Assembly: GCA_963841565.1 (NCBI GenBank)
Contig: CAWJCY010000002.1
Location: forward strand, 1 to 64,000
Reading direction: 5' to 3'
Length of the DNA stretch: 64,000 nucleotides
DNA from: an uncultured Nitrososphaerales archaeon
Lineage (GTDB): Archaea > Thermoproteota > Nitrososphaeria > Nitrososphaerales > Nitrososphaeraceae
Made by a program: the position numbers and the translations under genes. Shown piece after piece: positions 9,282-19,644 of the stretch (position 1 is the first letter of the stretch; each line of letters begins with the position of its first letter). Under the pieces are notes generated by a model. The model was not told where the DNA came from and ran no database searches. It worked only from the letters and a program-made list of their open reading frames with translations.

Positions 9282-11627
9282 TTGTTCATTATGTCGCTAA
9301 ATGCTAAAGTCGTATTTCTTGTTTTAATTGTAGCAATTATTTCAGTGGATTCAATCATTATTTTCTCAGAAGAAGAAAGCAAAGTACTCTATTCCAACTG
9401 GATAATAATTATTGGCGCTGCAGTTGCTGTGGGTCTGGCTCTGTATATAGTGTGTAGGCAGAGATTAAAGGGACCTCACGCCAAAGCACATGCTGCGATA
9501 ACTATTGGTTTATCCCTTTGGCTTTGTGCTAACATCGTCTGGGCTATATACGAAATTGTATTGGATATAGTACCACCTGTTCCATCACTTGCCGATGTTT
9601 TTTGGCTGTCTGCCTATGGATTTTTTGCATATCATCTGTTGAGTGTATACAAGGAACATCATAAAAAATTCAACAGAAGTGTACTTGTAGCATGTATAAT
9701 CGGTAGTGCATTATTTCTGGGTTACCTGATTACATTTACAGCTAACGTATCAGTCCTAAATACCACGAGAGGAATTGTGATGTTTTCAGTTATTACCGCC
9801 TATCCTATTTTAAATTCGGTATTGACTGTTCTTGCAATCGTCATTCTTATAGGTTTTAGAAACGAACGATTTTGGTCTGTTTCTTGGATATTCGAATCCT
9901 TGGCTATGTTATGTATTGTTGTTGCCGATAGCTGGTTTGCATTGGTCGTTCTTACTGGTCTTGTAGATCAGCTTTGGATATCGGCACTTTTCCTTCCTGC
10001 CCATTATCTTGTTATATCAGCTGGTTTGCTGTGGTTTATCGAATTTCTCATTTTTGAACAGAAGAAAGATACTTCAAGACTGGCAAAGGAGGGACCAAGA
10101 TCATCATCATCGTCGTCTCTTCAAGGGTCGCCGTCGCCGTCATTACCATCGACTCCGATGCCTGCTGCTGCTCAAACAATTAGCGGCAATGGTAGTAAAA
10201 AAAGAATTCTTTTAGTTGTAGCGATTGCTGCTGCCGTTATATCGGTTCCACTAATTTTAGTAATATTTCAATTCCACAACAACTTACCAATGCTTATAGT
10301 TTCATCATCATCAGTAGATCCTAATGCAGTTGCAGCTGCTAATTCAATGGCTTTGCAGCCCAATACGACTATGGAGACAATAACAATCGGTGCCCTACTT
10401 CCTCTCACAGGTACTTCGTCATCCAGTGGCGAATCAACTTATGAAGCATTAAAGGCCGCAGTCGAAGACGTGGCCGAATATTTCTCTGAGACAATCAGAA
10501 CATGAAAATACAACTTATCGTAGAGGATACAAGAACTAGTCCTTCAGCTGCGCTAGAAGGCCTGAAAAGGATTATGGGAGAAAGAGATGATGTGAAATTT
10601 GTCATCGGTCCTGCTACGAGCGCAGCAGTCAAAGCCGCTAAGGATTATGCGGATAAAAATGAAGTGGTGCTAGTAAGCCATTCAAGTACTGCGCCATCCT
10701 TAGCGATAGCCGGCGATAACCTTTTCAGATTTGTTCCTGACGATACGCACCAAGGACAAGCAATAGTTAAAAAAATGTGGGATGATGGAATACGGATTGT
10801 GGTACCAATGTGGAGAAATGACATTTATGGAAATGAGCTTTATAGCTCAATGAAGGCAAACTTTGAAAAGCTTGGTGGTGTAGTAGGTAAGGGCGGTATT
10901 GGATACCTCCCATATACGGGCCAGTTCGCTGCAAGCTTAAACAGGATTAATTTTATTATATGGGACCAGTATCTTAAATCTTTAAATTATCAGGTAAGCA
11001 AGGCAGTACAGAAGTATGGAGCTGATAAAGTAGGAGTATATCTTGTATCTTATGATGAAGTAGTGCCAATTTTGATTCAAGCACAAAACCATCCAATGCT
11101 AGATGGAGTAAAATGGTATGGCAGCGATGGCTCTGCGCTTAACGAAGCTGTTGAAAGAAATACCGAGGCGAGCAAAGTTTGCAGTAAGAACTAATTTTTT
11201 GAATCCATTAGTCGGAGTAGGAGGCGAAGAAGAAGAAACTGAAAAAAATGAGAGTGCTGGACCCCTGGATGCCATATTTAGAAAGAGGATAGGTGAATTT
11301 CATAGCTCCTATGACGAATATGCGTACGATGCATTTTGGGTCGCAGCGTTGACGGAGGCGACAGCTCTAAAAGATCATGGGAAGAATTCAACTACAACTG
11401 CTGCAGAGACACACGACATTGATTTTTTGAAAAAGACCTTCGTTGATATAGCTGACTCATATTCAGGTATTACAGGTAAAACAGTTCTTAACGAATATGG
11501 CGATAAGAAATTTGGATACTATGATTTTTGGGCCTTAGAGGGCAAGGAGGGCAAGGGGGAAAATAATGATAGCTTGGATTTTCATTGGGTGCGTGCCGGA
11601 AAGGCTCAGTTTGCTTCAGGCGATTAG
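9282..11627 (+). CDS. Multi-TM membrane domain fused to a LivJ-like (Venus flytrap) ligand-binding domain; split by two 1-bp frameshifts (~10492, ~11170)
   Basis: ORFs 9282-10505, 10502-11194 and 11118-11627 together are colinear with intact paralog 13013-15304; motifs IGALLPLTG, IGPATSA, SSTAPSLAI, KWYGSDGS. Confidence 0.85.
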
Positions 11628-11997
11628 ACTGATATACTTGAGAAGATACGGTTCATGAACAAGAGAGTGAGGGCCATTTTGAATATTTCAAATTTATTAG
11701 TAGTGGGCGTCTAAAGTCAGGTATTAACTGACGACTATGGTTTGTAGCCAAATAACTCTAACAATTGATCTTGAGATGCAACAGCTTCAGCGAGTATATC
11801 AATTTTGCATAGACGATGGGGATTAGAGTGAGCCTTGCATAATTTATTAATTTTGACGCTGAGCACTCTCGTGGCGATATTGAACCATTTCTACATATAT
11901 GGTACAATAACCATTGAGAGCTATGCCGGTCATTTCTTTTATACTACATCTTAAGTTGGGACCTAAAATATCGTCAATTGAATTCAGGGGCCCGTAG

Positions 11998-12657
11998 CTA
12001 GAGACTTTGGTATCTCGGATTTAACCATTCGATGAAACACGCATAATTCAGAGAACGAACATCATCCAAGTAGTTTGGGAGTATTTTCACTGATCTGAAC
12101 CCAATATCCAATTCGAATGTCAAAACAGGATCTCGCAATTCCCTTTTCATCACTTTCTCGGCATATTCATACACAGACATACTGTCTGCGTATTCAGTGT
12201 AATTGAATAATCTTCCTCCTCCTATCATCCTCTTTAAATTTAACATCATAACTAATTCCTTCCACCTATCAATAATCATGCCTCCTATACCTTCGTGTCT
12301 GTGCTTTGGATGCGTAGAAATATCTGCTAGATATAGTGTGTCTCCACTTGGGATATGGGTTGTAAATAAACCATCAGCGGTAATGTCTTTCCATGTATGT
12401 TCTGCGTACTCAGGATCAAGGGTAACTATAAAAGTACTGGCAGAACCTACTATAGTACCGTCTGGTTCAACAGCAACAAATTGTCCTTGTGGAAAAGTGG
12501 TAAGATGACTTTCAAGCTCTTCTGAACGCCATATATTCCCATAAGGAGCAAGATATGGATAGGATTCCTTCTGCAAATCCACTATTTTAGAAATGTCCTC
12601 TTGTTTCGTGTTTCTAACAATAACTCCTAAATCACGCGGATGTAATAAATCTGACAT
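11998..12657 (-). CDS. GNAT family N-acetyltransferase (YkwB-like)
   Basis: FPQGQFVA, HTWKDIT..G, HPKHRHEGIG, DPVLTF, IEWLNP motifs. Confidence 0.88.
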   Translation of the reverse strand: MSDLLHPRDLGVIVRNTKQEDISKIVDLQKESYPYLAPYGNIWRSEELESHLTTFPQGQFVAVEPDGTIVGSASTFIVTLDPEYAEHTWKDITADGLFTTHIPSGDTLYLADISTHPKHRHEGIGGMIIDRWKELVMMLNLKRMIGGGRLFNYTEYADSMSVYEYAEKVMKRELRDPVLTFELDIGFRSVKILPNYLDDVRSLNYACFIEWLNPRYQSL

Positions 12658-13012
12658 ATGTACGTAGATCCATAGTTACTACTTTAAGAAATATATAAGC
12701 TTGTATTATTTTTTTGACGAAAAGAATAATACTGCTATATCATTTTTTATAGTCGTAGATTGTATGGTTCAATATAAATTGGCAACTCAATTTATAGTGA
12801 AAAAAATTGCAAATGAAACGCGAAAAGTAAAAGAGAGACTGCGCATAAAAGGTCAAACTTTTTATAACTTTATAGAATCCTAGCTGAAGGTGTGAAAAGG
12901 GGAATACAAATGAACGTAATTCTTGAAGGCTATCACAGGTTACCCATTTCGTGTCATATATTCTGTAATCACATTCCGTGAATTCCGTCTCATTTAGGAG
13001 CTCACGGATTTC

Positions 13013-15304
13013 TTACCGGTATCTAGCTATTTTAGTCCAACCAAACGTCTCTTTATCATCGGTCATGTTTGTTGTCACTTTCCAGAAATCGTATTCTCCC
13101 TCTGCCCTATCCCCCATCTTGTTAAGTGAAGTATTCCCTGTAACGCCGTGATACGACTTGGCAGAATGTATAATGGCGTCCCTAAGATCTGGGATGCCGT
13201 GCATATCAGAGAGGTTATTTTCATTATGTCTGGTAGCGTTCTCAGCCATAGCTGCGACCCATAAAATGTCATATGCTACAGCCGAATACGGGGATGGTTC
13301 TGTATGTACTTCTTTTCGAATTTCTTCCATCAGATTTTCAAATGATTTTCCAGTATTATGATTGTCGTCGTCCTCGAATCTAGGAATAGGATTGTAAAAG
13401 GAAGTGTTCACTGCAAAGAAAGCAGATTCATAGTTTCTTACAAGTGCGTCATTAAGGGCCGATCCGTCACTTCCATACCATTTCACATTAGAAAGGACTG
13501 GATGACTATACGCCTGGATGAAGATGGGGGTTACTTCATCAAGTGAAATCATAAATATCCCAACCTTATCGATACCATATTGAGATATAGCACTCTCTAG
13601 CCTTGTTTCCAGAGCTTTCAGAGCATTATCCCACATGATAAAATTGATTCTGTGTAAACTAGCTGCGAGGTGTCCAGTCCGCGGGGCATAGCCAAAATTC
13701 TTGTAGTACCTATCAAATTCTCCACCCGATGCCTGAAAATTTGCACGCACTTCTTGCATCAACTCCCTGCCGTAATTATCATCCCTCCAAAATGGAATTA
13801 CCAATCTTATTCCCTGGTCCCACATTATTTTCGAAATTGCCTTAGCCTGCTGAGAGTCATCAGGTACCAACCTAAAGACATTATCACCCTCTATGGCAAG
13901 GGACGGAGCAGTGCTAGAGGGGCTAATTAAAATGATATTATTCTTGCCAGCAAAATCCTTCGTGGCTTTCAGCTCGGCACTTGTCGCGGGCCCTATAACT
14001 ACCCTAATTCCCTCTTTTGCCAAGAGCCTTAGTTTCTCAAGGCTAACTGTCGGATCAGATTCAGTATCGTGCACTACTAACTCGAACCGCAGACTGGAAT
14101 TGCTCTTTGAAAAGTTTGCATTCACATCCCTTAATGCCATTCTCAATGCAGCTTCCGTCGATTTACCGGACGATGAAGCCACTCCAGTCATTGGAAGAAG
14201 GGCACCAAATCTCACTGTGTCTCCGGAGCTTGAATGTTCCGGTAACTGCTCCGTAACGATGTCTGGCCCGCCAACAGATAATGAAAGCTGGTTTAACGAC
14301 CAAATCGACGAGGAAGAAAGAATTGTTCCAATAATGAAAATAATCGAAAAAACAGATAGTCCAGCCGTGGCAACGAAGATAAGATTATTGAACCTTGCCT
14401 TTCCTGTCCTGGTCGAGTTTCTAGGTTCTGAGCCAGTAATTCGTGCTGCTGCTGACGAACTTTTAAGATTGTTAGAGGATTCGGTAGTGCGATTTACGGT
14501 AGTATGTGGTGTTACCAAAAATATAACAGACCATAAAAGACCGGCAGCAATGATCACGCGACTGGAGGCAAAGATCATTGCTGACGGCCACAATTCATTA
14601 GTCAATGAAGTAACAACAAAGAGCCCAAACCAGCTGTCTGCGATTGCAACCAGAAAGATCCCAGCTGACTTGCAGATCCATGGAGTGAACCATTGCGGTT
14701 CCTTCCGATAATTAACCACAATCAGAAATGATGGTACCATGATGATTGCATCTAATACAGGGTATGCAATTATGACGGAAAAGATTGCTAAACCTCTTGA
14801 CGATGAAAGATCTGCGAGGCTCACTGTATATGATATTATACTAAAGAGAAAGATGGAACTGGCAATTACAGCGACTATCAACGGTTTTCTACTGAAATGA
14901 AATAGTTTGTGAAACCGAAGATAGGTCGAAAACACATAAAATGACAGAAAAGCATATGCGGATATAGACAATGCATCAGCCAGTGACGGGACTGGCGGTA
15001 CGACTTTCAGAATGACTTCATATACAGCCCAAAGAATTGCCGCACATAGCGACAAGACCAGAGCTATTGCAAGGGCTAAGTCAGCTCTCTCAATAAATCC
15101 GTTATGACGTTTCTGCTGATAAAGAATTGCAACAGCGATCGTAGCGGCTACTGCCGCGGTAGTAGTAAGAACCCAGTGGGCATTATTAGGCCTATCCTCT
15201 ACTTTGGAGAAAAAAATAAGTGAGCTAGAAACTGTTGTCACTAAAATAACGCTAAAAAATAAGCTTCGTTTAGTAAATCCCATCCTCGACAGTATACGAA
15301 CCAT
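13013..15304 (-). CDS. Multi-TM membrane domain fused to a LivJ-like (Venus flytrap) ligand-binding domain
   Basis: About 9 hydrophobic segments (VPPVPSLAD, YPVLD, ADSWF), then FGALLPMTG...IGPATSA...YHGVTG...GDR...YDFW. Confidence 0.9.
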   Translation of the reverse strand: MVRILSRMGFTKRSLFFSVILVTTVSSSLIFFSKVEDRPNNAHWVLTTTAAVAATIAVAILYQQKRHNGFIERADLALAIALVLSLCAAILWAVYEVILKVVPPVPSLADALSISAYAFLSFYVFSTYLRFHKLFHFSRKPLIVAVIASSIFLFSIISYTVSLADLSSSRGLAIFSVIIAYPVLDAIIMVPSFLIVVNYRKEPQWFTPWICKSAGIFLVAIADSWFGLFVVTSLTNELWPSAMIFASSRVIIAAGLLWSVIFLVTPHTTVNRTTESSNNLKSSSAAARITGSEPRNSTRTGKARFNNLIFVATAGLSVFSIIFIIGTILSSSSIWSLNQLSLSVGGPDIVTEQLPEHSSSGDTVRFGALLPMTGVASSSGKSTEAALRMALRDVNANFSKSNSSLRFELVVHDTESDPTVSLEKLRLLAKEGIRVVIGPATSAELKATKDFAGKNNIILISPSSTAPSLAIEGDNVFRLVPDDSQQAKAISKIMWDQGIRLVIPFWRDDNYGRELMQEVRANFQASGGEFDRYYKNFGYAPRTGHLAASLHRINFIMWDNALKALETRLESAISQYGIDKVGIFMISLDEVTPIFIQAYSHPVLSNVKWYGSDGSALNDALVRNYESAFFAVNTSFYNPIPRFEDDDNHNTGKSFENLMEEIRKEVHTEPSPYSAVAYDILWVAAMAENATRHNENNLSDMHGIPDLRDAIIHSAKSYHGVTGNTSLNKMGDRAEGEYDFWKVTTNMTDDKETFGWTKIARYR

Positions 15305-15860
15305 TCAATCAAGCACCAGACGAAGGCGTGGACAGTATGGGTAGGTGTCACTTAACAATCTTTCGCAAACCAATATCTGTCGCAGAAAAAAACAGAGGGG
15401 AAGTTTCTTTGAACATTCATGATTCTAGTGTGAAGGAGCGTGAAGGAGTACTCATTCTCAATGATCCTTCTGAGTGTTGTATGCGAGAATATCAATGCTG
15501 ATGGTAATAGCAATATGCTTGAAAAATTTGTTCTACAGTATAAATGATGCTTCGAAGTATCGGAATGATACATATTATCGTAGAATTAGAATAATTGCTT
15601 TATAACAAGGACTAATGGAATTAATATTGATTTTCTCATTATCGTAGATTGTATGCGCTGGCATTAATAGGAGTGGATTTTGAACAAGCTCTTCTACAAG
15701 AGCAATTTTCATTGCTCTTTGTCAGGATATCATTATAGGGGCTGATAAACATCGCAGGGGCCGTCCGCTGAAAATCTGCAGGAAGTATGTGTAATTAACG
15801 TCACACCGGCAGACAAGGTTAACATTCTTCCCTGATCCAACCTATCACTGCTGACACGTA

Positions 15861-15992
15861 CATATACTTCCTTCGACCGTTAACTAGCAGGTTGGTTGAG
15901 TCTGGATAAATATGCCATCTCGTCTTGTTTCCGTGATTATGTGGATTGAATCGTTACCTAATGACAAAAACAAGAAGTTAATCGACAGTTTC
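15861..15992 (+). repeat. Duplicated element left end including the integrase start (copy of 5953-6084)
   Basis: 132 bp with ~5 mismatches counted by eye. Confidence 0.92.
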
Positions 15993-15996
15993 TTAG

Positions 15997-16176
15997 ACCA
16001 CGAAAGAACTTATGGAGTACGCTAATGGTTACATTGCAATTAATCCAAAACATGCAAAGTTGATCACCGCTTTGAGGACTGCTGTTGAAAATGGAGGAGG
16101 TGTGTTTGACAAAGAAGCGACATCGCATGATGACTTGTTTGATTCATTTCGTCTGTCTTTGATGTTCTGGCATTAA
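15997..16176 (+). pseudogene. Terminase large subunit-like C-terminal fragment
   Basis: TKELMEYANGYIAINPKHAKLITALRTAVENG...DKEATSHDDLFDSFRLSLMFWH*; closely similar to 18847-19035. Confidence 0.8.
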
Positions 16177-16392
16177 TCTATTTAATACTTCGATAAGGAT
16201 GTCTTCAACAGTGTCCTCAACTGCAAGCAGTCTAATTTCGCCTAATACTAGGATCGCATCCATTTCATCAATTTCGATACGGCGTGTCGGACTACCTTCC
16301 CTTTTGGATACTGTTACCAGATAGCCATGAGGCATATTCATAACGGATATCCCTCTCTCTTTCAACAATGCCTTGGCTTCCTCAGCATTCAT
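16144..16392 (-). CDS. Hypothetical protein, paralog of 7191-7430
   Basis: Intact ORF, convergent with and overlapping the terminase 3' end in both copies. Confidence 0.75.
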   Translation of the reverse strand: MNAEEAKALLKERGISVMNMPHGYLVTVSKREGSPTRRIEIDEMDAILVLGEIRLLAVEDTVEDILIEVLNRLMPEHQRQTK

Positions 16393-16609
16393 TTTTCAGC
16401 TGTACCTGGCCGATTTCGCTTAAGAACACTACGGGCATGAAAAATGGTGATATTCGGCCTATAATACTCCCTGCCAAAGGCTTTTGAATATCGGTTGCGT
16501 ACTCAGTGTACTGATGCATGTATTCGCTAAAGGAGAGGACGATTTAAAGCCTATCATCAGATCATAATCCTTTCACGCTCCTATCGAACCCGCAAACTCA
16601 ACAGTTCCT

Positions 16610-16624
16610 AATCCTCTGAGCCCG
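16610..16624 (+). repeat. Degenerate att-like tRNA-Arg 3' copy
   Basis: AATCCTCTGAGCCCG in the same context as 7656-7673. Confidence 0.75.
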
Positions 16625-16689
16625 AAAAACTCTAGTGTCTATACATTCCAAAAAGAATTTTGTTGCCGTCTATTTCATTTTCTCCACCA

Positions 16690-17215
16690 TAAAAGATGTA
16701 AACTAATACCATATTGCCAAGATGTCAACTTTATTGATACCATATTGAGAAATTACACTCAGTAGTCTTGATTCTAATCCTTTCAGAGCACTATCCCACA
16801 TAATAAAATTGGTTCTATGCATTTTTTTTACTTTTGCTTTGTTGCTGGCAGATGTCCAGTACGCGGGGTATAGCCAAGTTTCTCAGCGTACTTATCAAAT
16901 TCCCCTTCCATTGCCTGAAAATTCGCGTGCACTGCTTGCATTAATTCACTGCCATAAACATCACTTCTCCAGAATGGAATGACCAGTCTTATTCCCTGGG
17001 CCGACATCATTTTCGAAATTGCTTTAGCCTGATACGAGTCATCAGTTACTAACCTAAAGACATTATCAGCCTCTACTGCAAGAGAGGGGGCAGTGCGACG
17101 AAAGCGAGATTACTGGACCTAGCCTTCTCCATTCTGGTTGATTTATTAAATTCTGAGCTAGTAATTCGTTCTGCTGCTGTTATTGAGTTTTCATTGCGAA
17201 CTGCATTATTAAGCC
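16690..17215 (-). pseudogene. Internally deleted third copy of the TM-Venus flytrap gene
   Basis: ~16730-17100 parallels 13570-13915 (QGIRLVIPFWR, GYTPRTGHL); ~17100-17190 parallels the linker at ~14375-14460. Confidence 0.85.
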
Positions 17216-17280
17216 AGTTGGAGAGAAGGGAAGGAAAGGAAAAAATCGTAAGATCGGCTATTGGCACCGATATCGGCACG

Positions 17281-17297
17281 AATACCTCCGAGCCCGC
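17281..17297 (+). repeat. att-like tRNA-Arg 3' copy
   Basis: AATACCTCCGAGCCCGC, 16/17 identical to 5922-5938. Confidence 0.75.
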
Positions 17298-17459
17298 GCC
17301 AATCTTGTCCCTTTATTTATACCCACCTCTGCAATAGTAAGTAGTAAGGTTGCTCACTTCCTTATCTAATGAACCCTCTCCATTTTCGAGTCATAAGTGA
17401 AACTATCCAGTTTTGGAAAAACTGACTTAAGGGATTTCTGTGTTCTTGTTTAAAGAACT

Positions 17460-17780
17460 CTACATTTGAGTTTTGATAACATCGCCTTCTACGTTATTCA
17501 TTACAGTCTCAGTAATAGTGGTTGCCGCCTCTACAAACTCACGTTTCTTTACCTCTAGGGTTTTTAAGATATCGTGTATCGCTTCGGCTATCATCCTGTG
17601 GCATTCAGCTCCATGTATATCGCCACCATGGGCATAGCCCTCAACCAACGCCGCCTGTCTGTAGAACTCTAGTGATAACTGGCCCATCGTGAGCGTCATA
17701 TCTGAACGGTTGTATTTACTAAGCACATTAACTAAATCCTTAAGTCTCTTTTCTCTCTTTTCAGAGGGCCGGTTAGACAT
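17460..17780 (-). CDS. Hypothetical protein, paralog of 6392-6643
   Basis: Shared motifs with 6392-6643. Confidence 0.7.
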   Translation of the reverse strand: MSNRPSEKREKRLKDLVNVLSKYNRSDMTLTMGQLSLEFYRQAALVEGYAHGGDIHGAECHRMIAEAIHDILKTLEVKKREFVEAATTITETVMNNVEGDVIKTQM

Positions 17781-18062
17781 AGTGATCTCTTATTATCCAT
17801 TAAGATATTTAGATATTTGTTATTTCATTCAAAGGTTCCCAACGGGTCACAGTCTATCTATTCACAGAAACAGAAAGCATTTCTTTTTTTGTTCCAGAGA
17901 TTCATGGCCGGCAGCGCATGGCAGAATAAGTCATCTTTACTGCTACTGAAGGTAGCTGAATCAAAAAACACTTACACAATACCTAGCGTTCATGCCAAAA
18001 CTGTAATGAACTGTTGTTTTCGGCCGAAAATTTAAGTAGTTTTAACTATTAATTATCTCGCT

Positions 18063-18785
18063 ATGTTTAGACCATTTCGGGGCATGTCAGAGCCACAGAT
18101 GACACACCTACGCCCTGACATCGTTTTGATTGAATATAGCGATCCTGGAGCAGAGGCAGCCCGCATTTCAACTAATACATATGCTCTGCTGAATGCTGGG
18201 CGCATGCTACTGGTGGACACGAATGTATCATCCCTGTTCCCTTTTGTGCGGAAGTTGTCTGAGGACGGGTTTTCTCCCGCTGCCTTGGTGATATCGCATC
18301 GACATGTGGTAGGATTAGGTGATGCTATAGGTAGCCTAGCGGGGCAATTCAAAATTCCATTATTGCTTCATCCGATTGATGCCGGGCACCAGCAGGCACT
18401 TGCCGCTGGTGTCACATTTGAGAACCCTATTGGTCATCCTGTCTTCGACGAATTCGGTATTGAGGCGCTACTGTTTCCTGGTCAAACAGCTGGTTCCATC
18501 ATGTTGTATTCAACTAGCAACAGAGGCCTGCTTCTAACCGGTGATTCAGCAATGGGCACCTCAGCCGACCTGGCAGAAGCCGGTTTGGAACGACTTATCA
18601 GACCGCCGATAGAGACTAGTGTGGACGACGCTAAGTTACGGGAATAATGGCAAGCCTTTGATCGTCCAGTATCAACAGTCCTGCCGTTTCACGGGACTGG
18701 ATACGTCAATCGACCGGCGGCAAATCTTGCTTCAATCATGCAGCCATTAGTGAGTCCAGAACCAACATACTGGGATAAGATGTAA
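18063..18785 (+). pseudogene. Metallo-beta-lactamase-fold protein with an in-frame TAA at 18645-18647
   Basis: LLVD, ISHRH, LHPID, PGQTAGS, LTGDS; the frame continues past the stop through VLPFHG to TAA at 18785. Confidence 0.8.
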
Positions 18786-18846
18786 GATTAATTATTGTTG
18801 TTTCGGTGTGCCATATAGTCCAGGTTCATCAATGCATTCCGTTCTT

Positions 18847-19612
18847 TTAACTCCAAAACTGCAGAGATAATCTAAAAGAGTCAAACAAATCGTCATGACA
18901 AGTAGCCTCTTTATCTAGTATACCTTCACCATTCTCAACGGTAGCACGCAGAGTTGTCACTAACTTTGTATGCTTCGGGTTAATGGGTACCAGTCCATTG
19001 TGATATTCCATCAGTTCTTTGGTATGTGCCAGCATGCGTTTATGTTCCTTGTTGAACGGTACTGAATCACTAACATGTTCTGCTGTAAGAACTGCAAATC
19101 GTGTACGGATAGATAGTGTTTTTTATAGAACTGAATTTGCTGCTCATAGTTCTCATCCTCATCTACCATTTCCTTTAATGTTCTCATGAATGATGGATTA
19201 GGACCGTCTACAAACACCTGACAACTATTGTTAAAACGGATGTCATACTTTCCCAACAGACTCACGGTTGTCTTTATCATTTCATTGAAGTCAGGACGTG
19301 GGTACTCCTCAGCATGCAAGACATTCACAGCATCTTCAATCAACGCAGTGATAAAGACACCAAAGTTTGAAGAGCCAAAGCCTGGGTCTATGCCTACCGA
19401 CTTCCGCGTATATGTGTTAACGCTAAATATTTTATTTAGTGTCTTTTCTTTCTCTATCGCTGCCTCAATATCCTTAGTATGAAACACATTGCCGAAAGGC
19501 CTAAGTATTTGAGGTTATACTCCCATTCAAATGAAGGTGACAGTTTGGCAGCGTCTATCTCATCCTGTGTGTATATCTTGTTTAGCCCATAGGTGTAATC
19601 GAGTAGTATCCT
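18847..19612 (-). pseudogene. Terminase large subunit-like C-terminal nuclease region, 5'-truncated and frameshifted
   Basis: LDYTYGLNKIY...SPSFEWEYNLKY / GNVF...SVGIDPGFGSSNFG...VFVDGPNPSF... / HDDLFDSFRL (RNase H-like acidic motifs). Confidence 0.78.
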
Positions 19613-19644
19613 AGGTTCGAAAGGTAGATTAAATTGGACTTATA

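Larger units (their letters stand above)
5922..19612. mobile_element. Decayed tandem integrative/proviral island at tRNA-Arg
   Basis: tRNA 3'-end copies at 7656, 16610 and 17281; integrase and terminase-like remnants; duplicated segments; ends abruptly next to the core phoU-like gene. Confidence 0.8.

Noticed and set aside
10485-11175. Programmed frameshifting in the receptor gene
   Set aside because: No slippery heptamer at either site, and similar indels occur in core genes.
13893-14711. 272-aa plus-strand ORF (similarly 27419-27820, 56909-57517, 61010-61462 and other overlapping ORFs)
   Set aside because: These are antisense or alternate-frame shadows of well-supported genes.
18645-18647. 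Recoding (Sec/Pyl) of the internal stop in the MBL gene
   Set aside because: The codon is TAA, which is not used for Sec or Pyl.
1-19640. cas, Tn7-like (CAST) or casposon genes associated with the array
   Set aside because: No ORF shows recognisable Cas, TnsABC/TniQ or PolB motifs. The unknown small ORFs could not be tested by profile search.
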